A stretch of DNA of 64,000 nt. It comes from Psammoneis japonica. Taxonomy: Eukaryota. Positions 56,229 through 64,000 of the stretch are shown here, one piece after another; within the stretch, counting starts at the first letter, position 1, and every line of letters begins with the position of its first letter. Where the stretch lies: contig QPGO01000134.1 in assembly GCA_008632985.1 (NCBI GenBank), positions 124,001 to 188,000 on the forward strand, in the 5' to 3' direction. A program made the position numbers and the translations under genes. Under the pieces are notes generated by a model. It was not told the DNA's origin. It saw only the letters and a list, made by a program, of their open reading frames with translations, and did not search any database.

Positions 56229-58014
56229 TCTGAAAATTTCAAGTTTTTAGAAAACTATGGGATCAATCTGAAAACGACTGTTCCTTCAAGGATGGAATAA
56301 TCTAGTGCTTCTGTAACACACAGAGACAATGATTAGATGGCTGTTACACACAAGTCGGTCCAGCAGTGAGGTAATAGCGAGCTTGATATTGTATGGTCGT
56401 TGTGGACAACCACGTTCTCTCAACCGTTCGCAACGTGTTTTGGAGTTTTGCACAAAAAGTCGAAAAATGGAGTGGAGTTGTCCCCGCGCGTTTCCAACCG
56501 AAAACAGAATCGCTCATTCGGTTTTGTATTCCGACATATTCGATACTTAAAGCTTTCAATGATCAAAAATGTAATATTCGGTCTCGTAGTTAAAACATAT
56601 AGTTGTTTTGAAATTTTCTGTCCCACGTGACAATAGTGGGACTAAATAATGGGTTGGATCATAACTCACAATCTGAATAAATATATAAATACCTTAGATA
56701 AATAAGAATCTAAGTGAATTTCTTATCCTCAGAGCGAGAGTTACATGTATCATAAAACGCAAGCGTTAAGTTTGAACGAAGCTTCTTCAAATACGAAGTA
56801 TTCAATAAAGTTCCAACGCGTGATGGCACGTCTGACTGCACGAACCTCACAAAATCAACACTCTTTGCATGGTATGGTGCCCTATGAGGCTACGACTAGC
56901 ACAATGTGCAAAATAGGCCATAACGAACTGAATATTTTGTATTTAAATATATAGTTAATGTCTGGATGATCGGTATGTAAAATGACTGCACATGACTCCT
57001 GCTGTAGAATTTGTACCAGTCTACGTAATTAGGGCTCTACGAACTGAAGTCATACAGAAATGTCTGGTGTTAAGTAAATTCAAATGTCGGAGCCGCCAAA
57101 ATGGACCGAAACGCCGGCCACGTCTTTTAATAAAACATCCGAACTTGTTTATTGATTATGAAGCAGTCGGAGTTGAAAAAGTAATATCAAAATTTGAGTT
57201 TCAATTTGAATAGGAAACATTCAAAATCTTCTAATTGTGTTGCGAGTATCGATGTTTGAGTACAAATTGTATGGGTTACATCTGTAAAAATGCCCTAAAT
57301 ACTTGCTAAAAACCGTTATCGTTAAATATCGATGTACAAAAAAAGCTATACGGGTGTTCGGGACGTTTTTTACAGTTCACATTGTGCTAGTCGTAACTCC
57401 ATAGGCCCTATCCGACAATGATGCGCAAGGCGAAAAAGGACCGCCACGATTGAGGATTGAATATCTTTGAAAGAACAATCAAAATTGCGAGAGACGTTTA
57501 TGCCAGTTTCTTCAGCACAATGAGGTTTGTGTGGCGTGCTGAGAGCCACAAACAGTCTTTTGCTCAACACGGCTCTCGCAGAGTTGTGCAAGCATGAGAA
57601 GCCAACGTGAATTGTCACGAGAGAAAGTGATGTCTCGCATCGCCTCGCTCTGAAATCTTCTCGTTGCCGCCCATCATGCTGTACCTTCCGGTGAAAGAGG
57701 CAACGGGCATGTTGCGCGGCAGAGGTGCAAAATCCCGCGCAAACTTCGCCGGCACAAGAACAAGCAATGCAAGATTCCGTCGAATTATGAAGAGCTGCGT
57801 ATGATGTACGTTCAACTAGGCATTCAGGTCGGATAAGCGCATCTCTGTGCAGGAACGAAAAAGAACAAAAGCGGCGTCGCCTCACGCATCTCATTTTGCC
57901 TGCACATCCGAGTGCCGAAGAGAAGAATAAGTCGAAGCTCCAATCATAGAACGAACAACCTACTTTAGCACCACACCGATAGCACTTGACTCTACTCTAA
58001 GTCTGACTGACATT

Positions 58015-61000
58015 ATGAGTACTACGAGTGACGAGGATCTATTAGCGGATGATATGGATCGAATCATGAAACTGCATGGTGACAATCACGACGATATTCC
58101 CTCCATGGTTGATACATCGGAATCAACCGAATTTAGTGACAATCACCTGCTCCCACCACCTTCTAGATTTCCAAAGCGACCAGACTTGCCTCACCACCGC
58201 TCAAAGCGCCGATCCGGTATTCAAAGCATTCGTACAATCTCGACTCAGGAACGCGAGTATGGGAAAAAGAGTGTGATTCAGGGTGGTGCCAATTTCGCGG
58301 TGCAGAGTATACGGAGGGGATCTCAAGAGTGGAGGCAGTTAGTAAAGCCCTTTGTTGCCGATCTGGCATTTTACTCTCTGCAGTCTCGAAAGTTTGCAAG
58401 ACGCCCCCTCTTTGTGCCATACACATGCCATGCCGCAGTGCTTTTTGTAGACATTTCGGGTTACAGCAAGATTGCTTCTGCCCTTTCCCACAAGGGTGCA
58501 CACGCCTTATCGACAGCTGTAAATTCATATCTTTCGAGATTGTTGCGTATTATCCATCAGTATGGGGGTGATGTCGTCAAGTTTGCCGGAGACGCTGTCC
58601 TCTGCGTCTGGCAGGGGCAGATGGATAAGATTCAAATTAATGTTCTTTGCGCCGCGCAATGCGCCTTGGAACTGCAGGAGAAAGCGGGCACCCATCCGGT
58701 CGAAGGCACGGAACATGAATTCAAGATTCATATTGGTCTTTGTTGTGGCGGTATCGAGTCGGAAGTCTTTTGTGCCCCGACGTATACACAAATGCAACGC
58801 ATGTATCATCTGGTGGGTGGATCCGCCATTGAAGAAATCGGGGACCTTGTTGATTTGGCGAAATCGGGCGAAGTCTGTGTGAGCGATGCGTGTTTGGAGC
58901 AACTCCAAGAATACAATCCCTCTGCTACGGACATTCCGGATGTCTTTGATGCCAAGCTTCTGACAGGGTTGCAGGTGGACTTCACCGCCTCTGAGGAGAT
59001 TGAAGCTCACGTCGAAACCGAAATGTTGGACCGACTAGAGCGCCGCGATTTGAGCATTGAAGAAGACTTTATTCATCCTACCGTATTGGATCTCTTGAGT
59101 CACGGAGGGCTCTCTCCCACACAGATTGCCCAAATGCGAGACCTGGTGGTGCTCTTTATTGCCCAAACCTCCCGTGCGAGCCCTGTAAATTGGTTGCTCG
59201 AGGTCCAGGCCGTTCTGGATCGACACCAGTGTCCTCTCCTTCAAATTGTCGCAGACGACAAGGGCGTGCATGCCATTGCCGCTGTCAATGGCGTCAATTC
59301 CGTTCCAGAGTCAAGATTGTTGGGGTTAGAAATTTGTCGAGTACTGGTCCAGAAAAAGATTGGCATTGCCGTTGGGATGGCGGCTGGCCCGACCTTTTGT
59401 GGTGTGACGGGGTCCAGCTCGGTTGCTTGCCGGTGGGATATCACAGGTGGACCGCCGGTTCGTAGTGCGCGGCTTATGCAGTATGCGCTCAAGCACAATT
59501 TGGAACTTGCCATTGATGAGTCCGTGTATGTGGGGTCGACTGTTCCAGCGCGCATGGCTCTCTTACGGGAAAACGTTCCAATCAAGGGATCGCCTGAACC
59601 CATTCGTGTCTTTACCCTCTCGGAAGCAACCGAGTTTGCCGCCATGAAGCTACTCGAAACGGTTCACGGAGAAATCCACAATGAGCAGGCATACGAGATC
59701 ACCAAGCACATTACGGGACTTCGAAATCGATGTGCTGTTGTTGTAACCGGCCCCACACTGGCGGGGAAGAAGATTGTCTGCCAACGCGCGGCAGGCTTTG
59801 CCGACATGGTACCTTTTCTTCACGTTGCGGACGAGTCGTACGGGTTGCTGCAGCTGGCCCGCACTATTGCGACGTGGTTCAAGTACGTTCCTAGTGAAGA
59901 AATCAGGAAAAAAGTCTGCGCCGTGCTATCCTCTCTGGACAAAAATCAACTCAGTTGCGCCCACGACGAGTGTGTCATGTTGGTGGACATGGCCATCGAG
60001 GCGGGTTCGTGTCTTGCTTCATTGTGGACCGTGTCGAGTTCCTAGACGAGTACAGCTTCTCGTTGATGAGAGAGTGTCTCCACGGGCGCTTCCGTATGAC
60101 TCGATCATCCTTGTTTAAGTCGATGGAATCTATCACAGGAGGAGAAAACGCAGGGAGAATAGCATTCTTATGTGTGCACGTTCCTCTCTACAACTCGCCG
60201 AGCGCAAAATCCGTCGTGGAAGATATTACCAGGTCTCACAAGAATCTCACAGTTCCAATTATCGAGGTCGCCGAGGCGACGTTGCAGCAGTTTCGGGATT
60301 TTGGAAACACAATGTCGGGAGACCAAGTTCGGTTGAAGAAGCAAGCAGAATTGGGTATGGACAACCGGCTCTTGTATGTTGCAAGTGCCTCCGCTGGGCA
60401 CTGTGTTGGATATTTCATTGAGCGAATCGCTGCCATTTCTCAGATGCAGCCTGGTCGCGTCGCAAACGGACAGAAACTCTTGGTTCACATGACGGAAGAC
60501 TTGACGTACCGTATCCCCTCCGGCTGCTTACGAGAGTACCGCACAATCCCAGTTATGGAAATTGGTTCTGCGATTGCTATGCGTTACGCACACGTTTATG
60601 ACGACCTTCCGCCTATGATGCAGGTGTTTTGCAAGGTACTCGCTGTGGTGAGCCAAACTGGATTCTGGTGGGCACCACGTGAACGAATTTGGGAGGTGTT
60701 AAATGACTTGATTGCCGAGGGAGTGGACGATGACGTAATGTCGGTACTGCTGGAAGAAATGGCTGAACTCTATCTCATTAAAGTATGGAAGGAAGATGAT
60801 GTAGAGTTTGTCAAGTTTCAGTGCCCGGCTTTGTCAGACATAGCGTTGGATGTATGCACGCCAATTCAAGTGCAAAGTATTGCGTCGGCTTGGCTTGAAC
60901 GATTGAAAGGCCCTGGACAACACGGCAGCTATCGAGTGCCACTTGTTCGTGCTTGGCTGCATATCATGATGAACAATGACGTTGAAACAGCGAAGCAGTT

Positions 61001-61938
61001 GTGGCGTGAAGGGTATGCTATAGTTGTTGAAATGAGCGAGAGGGAGAATTGGAGTCAGTCTCGTCGGGATCGCTGGAAGGAATTGATAGCGTCCGAGATT
61101 GAAGCAGGAGGAGCGGATGTCAATGAAACGTTGGGTCCAAGTTTTTCATATGGCTGCTGCAACATGAAGTCAGTCGATTTGAATTTCTTTGGAGCTTGGG
61201 CTACCGCGGACCGATTGCTTTGGGGCCGATCGGAAATACCTTGTCGGTAATAACGCATCTCGTGTTCAAAGAGTTGCTGTTGTTCTCTGAACACGCGTGC
61301 CCTGAGGAGCAAGAGCTGTCGAAAAGTACTTCGCCAGCGCCTCCAAGCGTTACATGGTAGAAACCAAGATGGTGGAAGAACTGCTGTCTACACATGGACT
61401 CGGAATAGACCCAGAACTGCTCCAAAAGGAAGAGGAATGTATGCTCAGGATTGCATCCCCGGCAACAAGTAAAGAAGCCGTTTACGAGAAAGCTAACGTT
61501 GCGTTGAACACATTCATTCCCAAATTTGTCGGTGCCCGTTTGCAGCGCCTTCATACCCTTACTCAAAAGCTGGATTCTCAACCTCCTCCTGACTTTGTCG
61601 CCAAGGTGAAATGCCGACCTATCCGTGAGGCTTATCGAATAATGTTTGAGCAATGGGGTTGCAAGTGCCTGACACTAGCAAATGAAGTGGATAGCGCTCA
61701 ACACGCGCTCATGGTGCTTGCAACACTGGGATGGAAACCACGGCCAACGCCTGAGCCACTCCGCCATTTGGCTCATCAAACAGTAGCTCGTCTACGGAAT
61801 GCTGTTGTAAGAAAGCTCAGTCCTGGTCAGTTGCATTTTCAGAAGCACCAACAGAGTGCAGTGGATCTCAAAGCGTTCTTGGTAACTACCGCACTTCTCA
61901 TTACGCTGCAGACTCCAAGACCGTCAATGGGGAAATGA
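58015..61938 (+). CDS. Soluble adenylate cyclase-like protein (tandem class III cyclase domains plus P-loop region), with several frameshifts
   Basis: VLFVDISGYSK, YGGDVVKFAGDA, KIHIGL, DDKG, GPTFCGVTG..RWDITG..ARLM, VTGPTLAGK. Overlapping ORFs join near 60005, 61190 and 61330. Confidence 0.8.
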
Positions 61939-62199
61939 ACTGAATATTTGTAAGATTGTTTAGCTCTCGTCGTACTTGTAAGCTGACAAAGCGTTTCGTA
62001 GCTTCCTCTAGTAGGAGCTACGGACTCTAGCCCTCTTCTCCGAAATCAGACAATATGCGAAACCGGACTATGGCCGGACGTTGGAAGTACCCACGTCATT
62101 TTCGAAAAAAATAGCTACATCATCATCGAATCGGCTCTGCAAGCGACGAAAACTTCCATCCGACAATGATGAACACGGCGGCAACTTGAAAGGGCAAAA

Positions 62200-63122
62200 A
62201 TGTTGAGACTTTTACTTTTGCCTTCATGCTGTGCCATTTAGCGTCTGCTCTGGCTGCAAAGGTGATACTGCTGATAGTTTATCGTTTCGCTTAGGCCACC
62301 ACGAGCTGGAGCCACAGGAACTTCCTCCCTTCCTCCACGCATATCATTCGCAGGCACTAAACCTGACTAGCCAGGCGTTGTTGGATGAGTCGCTAGACTA
62401 TATTCCGAATGTGTCTTATGGATCCGATTCCCACCAGAAACTCGACGTTTGGAAACGCAAGGACGCTCCCCGGGAGGACCGATTGTCGTGTTTGTGCACG
62501 GAGGCGGTTGGGATTGGGGGTACCGAGAATGGGCTGCTTCCCAGCAAAGCATATTGCAAAATGGACAAGTCACCCATTTTTGTAACGCCATCGTATGCTA
62601 TTGGGAAGGGCGAACGACAAATGTGGCCTGATGCAAGAAACGATATGGTTGCGGTGCTGGAATGGATCAAATCATCAGCCGAGAAATACGGGGGAATCCC
62701 AGTCACGTCTTCCTGGCTGGTCACTCGGCTGGTGGCCACCTAGCTGCAAGTGTAGCAATGAATCCGATCTCTTACGAGAGAAGAATATTGATCCTTCCAC
62801 ATTAGAGGTTGTTTCTCATCAGCGCGCCGCTGGGACTCCGTGCCCAAGACTTCTTTCCTTCCCGTCTTTGGGACTACGCTTCATTACAAGACCATTTCTC
62901 AAGCTGTTGTATCGGGGAGTCTTCTTGAAAGTGCTTAGTCCCGTGCTTGGAAAGAGAACCGAAAACGCCAAACGCTTCGAAACTGCAAAAGAAGCTTCCC
63001 CTCTATTCTTGTTGGAACGTATGAAGGAAGGAAACTCAAAGGATCTAAGGGACATCTTCCTGATTCGATTCATTACTCTTTTGGCGAGTCTGGCGATTTT
63101 CCCATTTGTAAACCACAACTAA
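62200..63122 (+). CDS. Alpha/beta hydrolase (HSL / BD-FAE / arylformamidase-like), multiply frameshifted; 3' end uncertain
   Basis: NVSYGSDSHQKLDVW, PIVVFVHGGGWDWG, YGG.P and FLAGHSAGGHLAAS, read across alternating frames. Confidence 0.65.
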
Positions 63123-64000
63123 CCGTTTGGTAGACATTCTTGGTGACAAAAACCATGTCCAGTCGCTTGAAATTCCTGTTGATTCTCACTTTGATACGCA
63201 CTTCTCTTTAGCAGAAGGAGGTCGCAATGGTACACGGATCTTGGAGAAGCAATGAGTAAATGTTCGTCAGGAGTGTTGAAATGAGCAAATTCGACACTGG
63301 CACGAATGATTGAAGATTTGGAATGATCCAGAGGAGGCGAGATCGGTTTGCAGATGGGCTCGTATATGACCCATCCAGCAATTGACTTCTCCTCCATTTG
63401 CTAGCCTACGGAGCAAAATGTATAAATAGAAATGAATTGGTTTCTGTTATATCGTTAAATCTCGAAGACAAACAAAGTATCAACTTAGCCATAAAAACAA
63501 CACTCGGTTGCCATGGTCCATCCTGGCTCCTGGCCGTCACGACCTCCAGACCAAATACATCGAGAGCCTTCTTGATCAAAGCGTCAGACTCTTCTTTGTT
63601 GACGAGTAACGCGTCAATTTCCGCCAAAGAGACACCCTGACACGAATCGACCCGTCCAGAGCCAAAGCGTTTTCCTCTACTTGCAGAAGCAGCTCAGCGT
63701 TCTCCGCGCCTTCGCCGTGTCCATAGTAGGCTTTCATCACAAGACCGTGTCCGCACCAAGAACTCTGTCAAAGGCTTCATTTGCTGCCTTTGGAATTTCC
63801 AAAAAGTTGACAGGAAAAATTGAATCAAACTTTCCCCACGGCTTGGCCTCGTCACAGCTGACGAGAATGCGTGTCTCTCGCTTGGAATACTTTGCAATCG
63901 GTTCCGGTAACTGGGTGCTATCATTGCCGTCACCTCCTTTGTCATTCTTCAAGCTTTCCGCTGGAATGGCACGAGCTGCCATCGAAGCAAGCGACCCATC

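Noticed and set aside
56230..58000. AT-rich 1.8-kb intergenic stretch as a possible MITE or ncRNA
   Set aside because: No terminal repeats, TSD or recognisable RNA fold found by eye. TpA content is normal.
4744..63122. Single-base frameshifts in many otherwise intact host genes (near 5745, 27970, 43330, 45872, 52160, 52900, 60005, 61190, 61330 and 62470-62820) as programmed frameshifting or mass pseudogenisation
   Set aside because: They affect unrelated conserved genes, often at short homopolymers, with no shared slippery motif and no accompanying decay. Long-read consensus errors are the simplest explanation.
63120..64000. Short minus-strand ORFs at the window end
   Set aside because: Fragmentary, with no recognisable motifs; cannot be assigned from this window.

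Overview
Eukaryotic, gene-dense window, almost certainly from a diatom or other photosynthetic stramenopile (short GT-AG introns, bipartite plastid presequences, a diatom-type delta-5 elongase). About 25 ordinary nuclear genes are interrupted by two repeat islands. Island 1 (about 8.64-23.7 kb) holds two head-to-tail copies of a DDE DNA transposon, a full-length Ty3/Gypsy LTR retrotransposon (162-bp LTRs, GCAGG target-site duplication) and an older unrecognisable relic. Island 2 (about 31.0-34.2 kb) is a second relic. The standout signal is confined to these islands: TpA dinucleotides have been converted on both strands to TpG or CpA, so Tyr becomes Cys or His and TAA/TAG stops vanish, on top of ordinary CpG decay. 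The two LTRs and the two transposon copies show this happened after insertion and independently in each copy. It looks like a repeat-targeted, RIP-like hypermutation system running opposite to fungal RIP. Several host genes carry single-base frameshifts that are probably assembly errors. All assignments are from motif recognition by eye; no database searches were run.
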